Shown here: in pieces, positions 57,566 to 64,000 of the stretch
Numbering within the stretch: position 1 is the stretch's first letter
How the letters are laid out: each line of letters starts with the position of its first letter
Assembly (NCBI GenBank): GCA_022801925.1
Contig: JAAWTG010000007.1
Location: 211-64,210 of the forward strand
Source: Clostridia bacterium
Lineage (GTDB): Bacteria; Bacillota; Clostridia; RUG12999
Reading direction: 5' to 3'
DNA length: 64,000 nt
The notes under the pieces: model-generated
Database searches by the model: none
Told to the model about the DNA's origin: nothing
What the model saw: the letters and a program-made list of their open reading frames with translations, nothing else
Translations under genes and position numbers: made by a program

Positions 57566-58402
57566 TTATTGAACTAGTGGCTGGCAGACGGAACAAAAAT
57601 AAACAGTTCCGCCAAGGTATGTCTGACGCACCACGGTGCCGCCGCAGCGCGGGCAGGGAAGATGCCAAGTGTTTTTGGACAGTCTACACGGATAGCTGCC
57701 GGACTGACCAAATAAATCTTTTTCAGTATTGCGACCGCCGTCATTTGCCATCGTGCTCAGTACACCAGTTACACTTTGATATAGGTCGTCAAGCTGTCCG
57801 CTGCGCAGCGAAGCGAGTTTTGTTTTAGGATGAATACCTGCTTCAAAGAGAATATCTTGCAACACACCGTTTCCCAGTCCCGGAATGCGTTGCTGTGTTG
57901 CCAAAAACGCTTTTGCACTAAGGCTTTGTTTTGATGTTTCAGAGAGCAGGTGTTCAAAATAGGCAGGCGTGAATTCCGGCGATAACGGTGAAGGTTTTTC
58001 TTTGGCAATAAGATAATAAAAGTTATCATTTTCACCTGCATGGAATGCCCAAAGACCGCCATACATTTGGACGGTACAAGTCAATGTACTGCCATCGTCC
58101 AATTGCAGAAGCAGCTGATGTTTAGCAGGTATTTTTGTACCGGATGGCAAATAGCGAATACTCACGCCATCGCCCAACACCAGACGCATATTGTCTGATA
58201 ATTCCAGTTCCACTAAGCCGCCGTATGCAGCGGCTTTTTTTATTGTTAATCCTGTCAAAAGAAGTGGGTATGATGCAGGGTCGCCAAAGAAAAACGCAAA
58301 ACGGTGCGGCGAATGAGCGGCAATTACTCGAATCATTTTTTTTCCGCAAACTGTTTCGGTTAATTGTTTGGCAATGGTAGTGCTTTCAGGTAATTCCAGC
58401 AT
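57566..58402 (-). CDS. Fpg/Nei-family DNA glycosylase-like protein with Leu in place of the catalytic Pro2
   Basis: N-terminal MLELPES (the canonical form is MPELPEV), an H2TH region (RIPGLGNGVLQDILFEAGIHP), and a C-terminal zinc finger CPRCGG-x16-CSVCQ. Confidence 0.8.
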   Translation of the reverse strand: MLELPESTTIAKQLTETVCGKKMIRVIAAHSPHRFAFFFGDPASYPLLLTGLTIKKAAAYGGLVELELSDNMRLVLGDGVSIRYLPSGTKIPAKHQLLLQLDDGSTLTCTVQMYGGLWAFHAGENDNFYYLIAKEKPSPLSPEFTPAYFEHLLSETSKQSLSAKAFLATQQRIPGLGNGVLQDILFEAGIHPKTKLASLRSGQLDDLYQSVTGVLSTMANDGGRNTEKDLFGQSGSYPCRLSKNTWHLPCPRCGGTVVRQTYLGGTVYFCSVCQPLVQ

Positions 58403-58405
58403 AGA

Positions 58406-59062
58406 CTATTCCCCCAATCGTTTCACAGGAATCCGCAGCACGGTTTTGCAGCGTTCCGGTTTGGTGCGGCGCGGGTCAGACAGATAAATTTCATGGTGCC
58501 GCCGCGTTTCGATAATATCATGCAGCAGCCCTTGCCGCTGCATGAAATCATGCATAATGGCTAATGTTTCCGGTTCAGAATCATAGGGACCGATATGCAT
58601 CATTTGGACGCACAGCCCTTCTGTAAATGAGGTTCGCGTTGCCGCCGAAACATCTAAATCCGGTTTCTTTTGTTTCACCTGTGCACATGCCCAGTCAAAT
58701 ACCTGTTTCGTCACAAAATCCGGCTGGCGAATCATGGAAATGAAATGAAAATCCTGCTTGCGGGAGAAGTCGATATTACCGCCTTCTTGCCACCAAAGAC
58801 CCTCCAGCGGCGGGACTTTATAGGCAAAATAGCCATCGATATCTACGCCCGCTTTAGGACTCATTTTAATGGTGAACGACAAACTGTAGAGCAGTGCAAG
58901 CGCCTTGCTGTAGCAGCCGTCCGGTTCGTTCGGGTCGCCGCTGCCTGCCACACAGATGAATGGCATTTCCGGTACGCTTATGAGCATGGGTTTTGCTTTT
59001 GGTAAATATAAATCTGCATACGCTTTTTTATAATCCATAGGTTCCATAGAAGACGACCTCAT
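58406..59062 (-). CDS. GyrI-like (SbmC/AraC-effector-binding fold) domain protein
   Basis: …MHIGPYDSEPETL…HHEIYLSDPRRTKPERCKTVLRIPV is a typical GyrI-like C-terminal signature. ATGA overlap with the upstream gene. Confidence 0.65.
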   Translation of the reverse strand: MRSSSMEPMDYKKAYADLYLPKAKPMLISVPEMPFICVAGSGDPNEPDGCYSKALALLYSLSFTIKMSPKAGVDIDGYFAYKVPPLEGLWWQEGGNIDFSRKQDFHFISMIRQPDFVTKQVFDWACAQVKQKKPDLDVSAATRTSFTEGLCVQMMHIGPYDSEPETLAIMHDFMQRQGLLHDIIETRRHHEIYLSDPRRTKPERCKTVLRIPVKRLGE

Positions 59063-59520
59063 TTCAATGAAATATAGATATGGATTTCGCAGGTACCATC
59101 ATCTTTGTCATTTGGTAAATATTCTTCAAAATCAGCGGTAAAAGCGCGGTCTAACGGTAATTCCCACAGTTTCATCCAAAATTGCATCACAGCGTTTACA
59201 GGGTCACCGTGAATGATGAATTTTGCATAGTTTCCGGCAGGAATCGTTTTGCATATCGCGCCCTGCGGCAACTGTTCGGCAAGAGAGACCTCGCAGCCTA
59301 CGGTAACATCATAGGCATCTTTTTCATCACCTGCATAATCTGAATAGAGTCCCAGTGTTGTTTGAGTGGATTTGTTTGGGATAGCGGTATAAACGCCCTC
59401 CTCAAACAAAGAACGCCATAGTCCGCCGATTTTGTCAGACATATCCGGCGCCTGATTGGACGTGCGGGTGCCGAGACCCACAACTGTTTTTTCCGGTAAA
59501 GTTACAATTTCATACTGCAT
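59059..59520 (-). CDS. GyrI-like / AraC-type effector-binding domain protein
   Basis: MQYEIVTLPEKTVVGLGTRTSN…IGGLWRSLFEEG…IPAGNYAKFIIHG…FEEY pattern. TAGGAGGT SD before ATG 59520. Confidence 0.7.
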   Translation of the reverse strand: MQYEIVTLPEKTVVGLGTRTSNQAPDMSDKIGGLWRSLFEEGVYTAIPNKSTQTTLGLYSDYAGDEKDAYDVTVGCEVSLAEQLPQGAICKTIPAGNYAKFIIHGDPVNAVMQFWMKLWELPLDRAFTADFEEYLPNDKDDGTCEIHIYISLK

Positions 59521-59595
59521 AAAAAAACGACCTCCTAAAAATATGATGTTATTCAGGAAGCAGTTTATCATACATAATATGACACCGGAGGGGAA

Positions 59596-60498
59596 TTAAC
59601 TATTTTTTTCTGCTGCCGCATGGTGTTTTTGCCGCAGCGTTTCGCGGACAGATAGGGGGTGCAAAACTTCCACATGTTCACCAAACGTCATGAGATACGC
59701 ATAGAGCCAGTCCTGCGGCAGAGATAGATGCGCAATGATACTGCCGTCCGGCTGAAAAACCAAATCATTGCGGGAAAATTCATCGCAAACACGGAATGCG
59801 GCGGCGCCCTCAAATTGTAGTGTCACTTCCACAGGGACAGGGTGGTATTCTGCGCGGGAAAAGGACGGCACAGAAGCGGCGGGAGGACGCTCAAAAACGG
59901 CGCCGGTCAGTGACAAATTGTGTATGCGGCTCAGTTTAAAAAAACGGGTATCCTGTTTGTCCAAACAAAAGCCAAACAAATACCACGCCTGTCCTTTAAA
60001 GATGATTTTCAGCGGTTCCACTTGTCGGCGGGTCGTTTCGCCCTTGCCGCTGAAATAGTCAAAACAAACGGTTTGCCGGTTTAAAATGGCATGTTTTAAT
60101 TGCAGGAACCGTTCCTGATCTTCTGTGCGGTCGCTCCAGTTGGTGAAATCAACTTCAATCCAGTCGGCGTTTGCTTTGTGGAACAGCGCGCTCAACTTAT
60201 CCAAAAGCGGCTGTGCCGCGCCATAGGGAACGTTTTGCAGTCCCTGAAGGGCAGACAGAATTTCCGCCTGTTCCGCTTCCGAAAGAACCGATTTATTTAG
60301 CACAAACCCTTCCGACAGCCGAATGCCGCCGCCTTTGCCTTTGGTTGTATAAATCGGAATGCCCGCCTGACACAACGCTTCAATGTCGCGGTAAACCGTC
60401 CGCTGGGAAATTTCAAACCGTACGGCAAGTTCTTTTGCCGTTAGTTGTTCGCGGTGCATTAGTAAATAAACAATTTCAAAAAGTCTGCTAATCTGCAT
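59596..60498 (-). CDS. HTH-WYL domain transcriptional regulator (YafY family)
   Basis: MQISRLFEIVYLLMHREQLTAKELAVRFEISQRTVYRDIEALCQAGIPI is the HTH_11-type N-terminus. The WYL-like centre reads PLKIIFKGQAWYLFGFC. The start is set at ATG 60498. Confidence 0.85.
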   Translation of the reverse strand: MQISRLFEIVYLLMHREQLTAKELAVRFEISQRTVYRDIEALCQAGIPIYTTKGKGGGIRLSEGFVLNKSVLSEAEQAEILSALQGLQNVPYGAAQPLLDKLSALFHKANADWIEVDFTNWSDRTEDQERFLQLKHAILNRQTVCFDYFSGKGETTRRQVEPLKIIFKGQAWYLFGFCLDKQDTRFFKLSRIHNLSLTGAVFERPPAASVPSFSRAEYHPVPVEVTLQFEGAAAFRVCDEFSRNDLVFQPDGSIIAHLSLPQDWLYAYLMTFGEHVEVLHPLSVRETLRQKHHAAAEKNS

Positions 60499-61177
60499 GG
60501 GGATTCTCCTTGTTTTGCGGCGTGAAAAGGGAAGTGAGGAGTGCGGTAAGCTGGGCGGGCGTATCGACAACATCGTCTGCGCCGCTCTGCTCCAGTTCCG
60601 CGCGTCCGCGAAATCCCCAAGACACGCCAATGCTACGGATACCCGCGTTTTGGGCGGTTTGTATATCCACGTTGGAATCGCCGACATAACAGGTGTCAGT
60701 GGCAGAGCAGCCCAGTTGCGTCATCATTTGCAATGCCGCGGTGGGGTCAGGTTTGCGCGCGATACCGTCCCGCTGTCCCGCATAGGCGTCCAGATAAGGC
60801 GATAGGGATAACGCTTCCACAATGAGTGCAACAAATGCGTCCGGCTTGTTGGAAAGCAGACCCATTTGATAGCCGGTGCGGCGCAGCGTTTCAAGCATGG
60901 CAGGAATGCCCAGATAGAGACGCGTGGAATCCAGAAAATGCCGGTGGTAATATTGCCGAAACGATTGCTTTAACGCTGCCTGCTGCTGTGCGCCATGCGC
61001 ATGTTTCGGCGAGGCGTCCAGCAGCAGTCTGTCCACACCTTGTCCCACCAGATAGCGGTAGTCCTCCACGGGATGCGTGGGAAATCCGTTCTGCTGCAAT
61101 GCGTAGTTGCAGCTGTCCGCCAAATCTTGCAGGGAGTTTGCAAGTGTACCATCTAAATCAAACAGAATTAATTTCAT
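60488..61177 (-). CDS. HAD-superfamily hydrolase (phosphoglycolate-phosphatase-like)
   Basis: MKLILFDLDGTLANS (DxDGT motif I), LLSNK (motif II), YVGDSNVDIQ (motif IV). AAAGGAGG SD before ATG 61177. Confidence 0.85.
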   Translation of the reverse strand: MKLILFDLDGTLANSLQDLADSCNYALQQNGFPTHPVEDYRYLVGQGVDRLLLDASPKHAHGAQQQAALKQSFRQYYHRHFLDSTRLYLGIPAMLETLRRTGYQMGLLSNKPDAFVALIVEALSLSPYLDAYAGQRDGIARKPDPTAALQMMTQLGCSATDTCYVGDSNVDIQTAQNAGIRSIGVSWGFRGRAELEQSGADDVVDTPAQLTALLTSLFTPQNKENPHAD

Positions 61178-61205
61178 GGGGGAAGTCCTCCTTTGTATGC
61201 TTTCC

Positions 61206-61234
61206 ATTATACGCAAAAGTATGAGAAAAGTCAA
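61206..61234 (-). promoter_or_regulatory. Sigma-A promoter of the HAD-WYL-GyrI-GyrI-Fpg-like operon
   Basis: Minus strand: TTGACT (61234..61229), a 17-nt spacer, then TATAAT (61211..61206). Confidence 0.7.
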
Positions 61235-61242
61235 ATAGGGGC

Positions 61243-61271
61243 TTGCATGGGAACGAATCATGCAGTATAAT
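61243..61271 (+). promoter_or_regulatory. Divergent sigma-A promoter of the DUF2264-like gene
   Basis: TTGCAT (61243-61248), a 17-nt spacer, then TATAAT (61266-61271). Confidence 0.7.
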
Positions 61272-61318
61272 AATTACCAGAAGCAGACTACCGGAAACGG
61301 AGAAAAGGGGAACGGGAC

Positions 61319-62479
61319 ATGCAGGAGACAAGAAGCTATTGGGTAGACATCATGCTGCGTGTGGCAGCGCCTGTTTTGGAGCATTTGGCAGAGGATACCT
61401 TAAAGCAGAATATGCCGGTTGAAACATTGGAAGGAATGCGGGAGCAGCGGGAACCGTTTGCACATTTGGAAGCGTTCGGACGGACGATATGCGGTATTGC
61501 GCCGTGGCTGGAGACGCCGTGTGAGGAGGAAGCGGAGGAAAAACTGCGCCGGAAATATGCGGCATTGGCGCGTCAGGCAATCCATCATGCGACTTGTCCT
61601 ATCAGTCAGGATAACATGAATTTTGGCGCGGAATATGGCTCCCAACCGTTGGTAGACGGCGCATTTTTAGCGCAGGGGATTTTACGCGCACCGACGGAAC
61701 TTTATGAAAAACTGGATAACATCACCAAAAAGAATTTGGCAAACTGCCTCAAGCAATTGCGGCGTTGCACGGCACATTTCTGTAATTGGCTGTTGTTTGC
61801 GGCAATGGTGGAAACGGCGTTATGTTATATGGGGGAAGAATGCGATTTCATGCGCATTGACTATGCGCTGCGCCAGCATGAACAATGGTATCAGGGAGAC
61901 GGACTGTATGGAGACGGACCGCAGTTTCATGCGGACTATTATAACAGTTTTGTGATTCAGCCAATGCTGGTGGACATTATCACCAAAATGAATCCGGCGG
62001 ATGAATCCCACAGATGGGAACCAATGCTGGAGCCTGTTATGAAACGCGCAGCGCGCTATGCAGGGATTCTGGAACGTATGATTTTGCCGGACGGCAGTTT
62101 TCCGGCAGTCGGACGGTCTTTGGCATACCGGACGGGCTGTTTCGGGCACCTGTCTGCCATGAGCTTGCTGGGAAATCTGCCGGAGGACGTGGAACCGGCG
62201 CAGGTGCGCTGTGCGTTGACAGCGGTCATTCACAGAACGCTGGAAGCGCCGGATACCTTCGATAAAAACGGATGGCTGCAAATCGGATTGTGCGGACACC
62301 AACCTTCCATTGCGGAGCCATATATCTGCACGGGTAGTCTGTATCTGTGCAGTACCGTCTTTTTGGCATTGGGACTGCCGGAAAGTCATGCTTTCTGGCG
62401 CGTGCCTGACATGCCGTGGACACAGCAGACAGTGTGGAGCGGCAAAGATATTGCGGCAGACCACGCGATTACGGATTAA
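61319..62479 (+). CDS. DUF2264-like protein (putative glycan-related enzyme of unknown function)
   Basis: 386 aa. The N-terminal YWVDIMLRVAAPVLEHL…HLEAFGRTICGIAPWLE resembles DUF2264 family members. This assignment is from memory only. Confidence 0.55.
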   Translation: MQETRSYWVDIMLRVAAPVLEHLAEDTLKQNMPVETLEGMREQREPFAHLEAFGRTICGIAPWLETPCEEEAEEKLRRKYAALARQAIHHATCPISQDNMNFGAEYGSQPLVDGAFLAQGILRAPTELYEKLDNITKKNLANCLKQLRRCTAHFCNWLLFAAMVETALCYMGEECDFMRIDYALRQHEQWYQGDGLYGDGPQFHADYYNSFVIQPMLVDIITKMNPADESHRWEPMLEPVMKRAARYAGILERMILPDGSFPAVGRSLAYRTGCFGHLSAMSLLGNLPEDVEPAQVRCALTAVIHRTLEAPDTFDKNGWLQIGLCGHQPSIAEPYICTGSLYLCSTVFLALGLPESHAFWRVPDMPWTQQTVWSGKDIAADHAITD

Positions 62480-62497
62480 AAACCGCACAAAAACGAC

Positions 62498-62528
62498 AAA
62501 TTCCTCTGCTGGTGCAGGGGAATTTTTG
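62498..62528 (+). terminator. Intrinsic terminator after the DUF2264-like gene
   Basis: 12-bp stem aaattcctctgc / gcaggggaattt (one G-U pair) with a 4-nt loop, then TTTTGTG. Confidence 0.85.
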
Positions 62529-62542
62529 TGTTACTCTGCGCA

Positions 62543-62571
62543 TTGACTTTATTCCCCAATTATAGTATACT
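62543..62571 (+). promoter_or_regulatory. Sigma-A promoter of the marR-MATE unit
   Basis: TTGACT (62543-62548), a 17-nt spacer, then TATACT (62566-62571). Confidence 0.6.
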
Positions 62572-62573
62572 GA

Positions 62574-62591
62574 TTGTTAGACATCTAACAA
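62574..62591. promoter_or_regulatory. Perfect 8-2-8 palindrome, a candidate MarR operator
   Basis: TTGTTAGA-CA-TCTAACAA lies immediately downstream of the -10 and 16 nt upstream of the marR ATG. Confidence 0.6.
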
Positions 62592-62606
62592 AAATGGGGG
62601 CGCAAC

Positions 62607-63041
62607 ATGAACAATAATGCGATTGGAAAAATGCTGCACCGGGTGGAAAATCAAATCCATAGAAAATTGGACAGCATTGCTGCGGCGCAGGGGATAACAG
62701 TTGTGCAGCATATTATTTTGTCATACCTTTGGGAGCGTGGGAAGCGGCGTGACGTGTTTCAGAAGGAACTTGAGCAGGTATTTGATGTGCGGCGTTCCAG
62801 CGTTTCTAATGTGCTAGGGCTGCTGGAGAAAAAGAACTATATTCAGCGCCAGAGCGTATCGGCGGACGCGCGTCAGAAAAGAATTTGTTTGACGGAAGCG
62901 GGAACAAAGGCATATTTGGCGGTGCGCAAAGAAATGGAAGCTGTTGAGCAGGCGCTGGACGGAGCGTTTGCGGACAAGCAGGAGCGGACGCTGTTTTTGG
63001 ACATGCTTCAGCGTTTGTCGGCGCGCGTTCAGGATATATGA
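62607..63041 (+). CDS. MarR-family transcriptional regulator
   Basis: 144 aa. The winged-helix core reads QKELEQVFDVRRSSVSNVLGLLEKKNYIQRQSVSADARQKRICLTEAG. Confidence 0.88.
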   Translation: MNNNAIGKMLHRVENQIHRKLDSIAAAQGITVVQHIILSYLWERGKRRDVFQKELEQVFDVRRSSVSNVLGLLEKKNYIQRQSVSADARQKRICLTEAGTKAYLAVRKEMEAVEQALDGAFADKQERTLFLDMLQRLSARVQDI

Positions 63042-63184
63042 ATTTGTTAGATAGAAAAGCATAAAGGAGTTGGAAAAGATGAGAGTTGTTTTTTGGACAA
63101 GCATTCATAGTAATAGTATAGCAGTATGTGAAAAGGAAATGAGCCGCCGGTTTACGGCGGGCGATATATGTGGAGGTGACACCG

Positions 63185-64000
63185 ATGGCGAATGAGACAG
63201 CAGTATTAAAAGAAAACAAAATGGGAACCATGCCGGTCGGAAAGCTATTAATTTCCATGGCGCTGCCGATGGTGGTTTCCATGTTGGTGCAGGCATTATA
63301 TAATATTGTGGACAGCATTTTTGTGGCGCAAATCAACGAAAATGCGCTGACAGCAGTATCGCTGGCGTTTCCGGTGCAAAATTTGATGATTGCAGTGGCA
63401 ACAGGGACAGGCGTTGGTATCAATGCTATTTTGTCCAAAAGTCTTGGGGAAAAGAATTTTGAAGTGGCGAATAAAATAGCGAATATAAGCATATTTTTAG
63501 CATTTGCCAGTTTTTTGGCGTTTGCTATTCTCGGAGCCGTAGGTTCCGGCGTATTCTTCCATGTGCAAACGGCAGATGCGGAAATCGTGACCTATGGTAC
63601 GCAATATTTAACCATATGCACAGTGTGTTCGATTGGATTATTCGGGCAAATTATGTTTGAACGTCTGCTGCAATCAACAGGGAAAACCATTTATTCCATG
63701 TTTACACAGGGGACAGGCGCAATCATCAATATCATTTTAGACCCTATTTTGATTTTCGGTTGGTTTGGAATGCCTAAAATGGGGGTGGCAGGCGCAGCGG
63801 CGGCAACGGTGATAGGACAAATTATTGCTATGCTGATTGGATTGCTGTTCAATATAAAAGTCAACCATGAAATCAAGCTGCATATCCGTGAAATGCGTCC
63901 GCAGGCAAACTTGGTGAAACGCATTTATGCCATTGGCGTGCCGTCCATTTTGATGGCGTCGCTGGGGTCGGTGATGACGTTTTCTTTAAATAAAATCCTC
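63185..64000 (+). CDS. MATE-family efflux transporter. The C-terminal part runs off the window end.
   Basis: Open at the window edge, so not in the ORF track. My translation is MANETAVLKENKMGTMPVGKLLISMALPMVVSMLVQALYNIVDSIFVAQINENALTAVSLAFPVQ. GGAGGTG SD. Confidence 0.88.
   Translation, partial: MANETAVLKENKMGTMPVGKLLISMALPMVVSMLVQALYNIVDSIFVAQINENALTAVSLAFPVQNLMIAVATGTGVGINAILSKSLGEKNFEVANKIANISIFLAFASFLAFAILGAVGSGVFFHVQTADAEIVTYGTQYLTICTVCSIGLFGQIMFERLLQSTGKTIYSMFTQGTGAIINIILDPILIFGWFGMPKMGVAGAAAATVIGQIIAMLIGLLFNIKVNHEIKLHIREMRPQANLVKRIYAIGVPSILMASLGSVMTFSLNKIL

Noticed and set aside
1-64000. Window-wide look for rRNA, tRNA, CRISPR arrays, IS elements, integrases and prophage genes
   Set aside because: None was recognised. 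No intergenic gap contains cloverleaf-like GC-rich ~75-nt units or regularly spaced direct repeats. No ORF shows transposase or recombinase motifs. The only tandem repeat (24888-25115) is in-frame coding sequence.

Overview
This is a 64-kb chromosomal segment from an anaerobic, spore-forming Firmicute. The gene content looks Clostridia-like: an alpha/beta SASP, gpr-spoIIP, ytaF, and an electron-bifurcating HydABC [FeFe]-hydrogenase. Coding density is high and most genes are housekeeping. They include the hyd operon (minus strand, 1-8130), gapN, uvrBA, gpsA, a secreted C1 peptidase, rmuC, an ABC-F ATPase, an SLH wall protein, a DUF3343 plus cysteine-desulfurase pair, and a Ca-type P-type ATPase. 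There is also a compact trpEGDCFBA operon behind a Trp T-box, a LysR/MerR/flavodoxin-lipoprotein/CMD cluster, rpmB, pncB, a PucR-like regulator with ftsEX and an M23 peptidase, gpr-spoIIP, and a marR-MATE pair at the right edge. I recognised no rRNA, tRNA, CRISPR array, transposase or integrase. Six places deserve a second look. (1) A roughly 1.4-kb low-GC, purine-rich block with no long ORF (27.2-28.6 kb) carries promoter-like elements and micro-ORFs with Shine-Dalgarno (SD) sites, and ends in a strong intrinsic terminator just upstream of the ATPase. (2) A six-gene module (DRTGG, GHKL ATPase, hydrogenase-like sensor, DRTGG, PHP, GHKL ATPase) sits inside the hydrogenase operon. (3) An operon encodes a HAD hydrolase, a WYL regulator, two GyrI-like proteins and an Fpg/Nei-like glycosylase whose catalytic Pro2 is Leu. 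(4) A yneA-like LysM gene sits behind a consensus promoter carrying three LexA boxes. (5) A small accessory islet (49.3-51.7 kb) holds an apparently truncated ORF and an APH-family kinase. (6) A stand-alone 821-aa protein combines HhH motifs, a sigma-70 region-4 HTH and internal repeats. All calls come from reading the sequence and ORF translations by eye; no searches were run.
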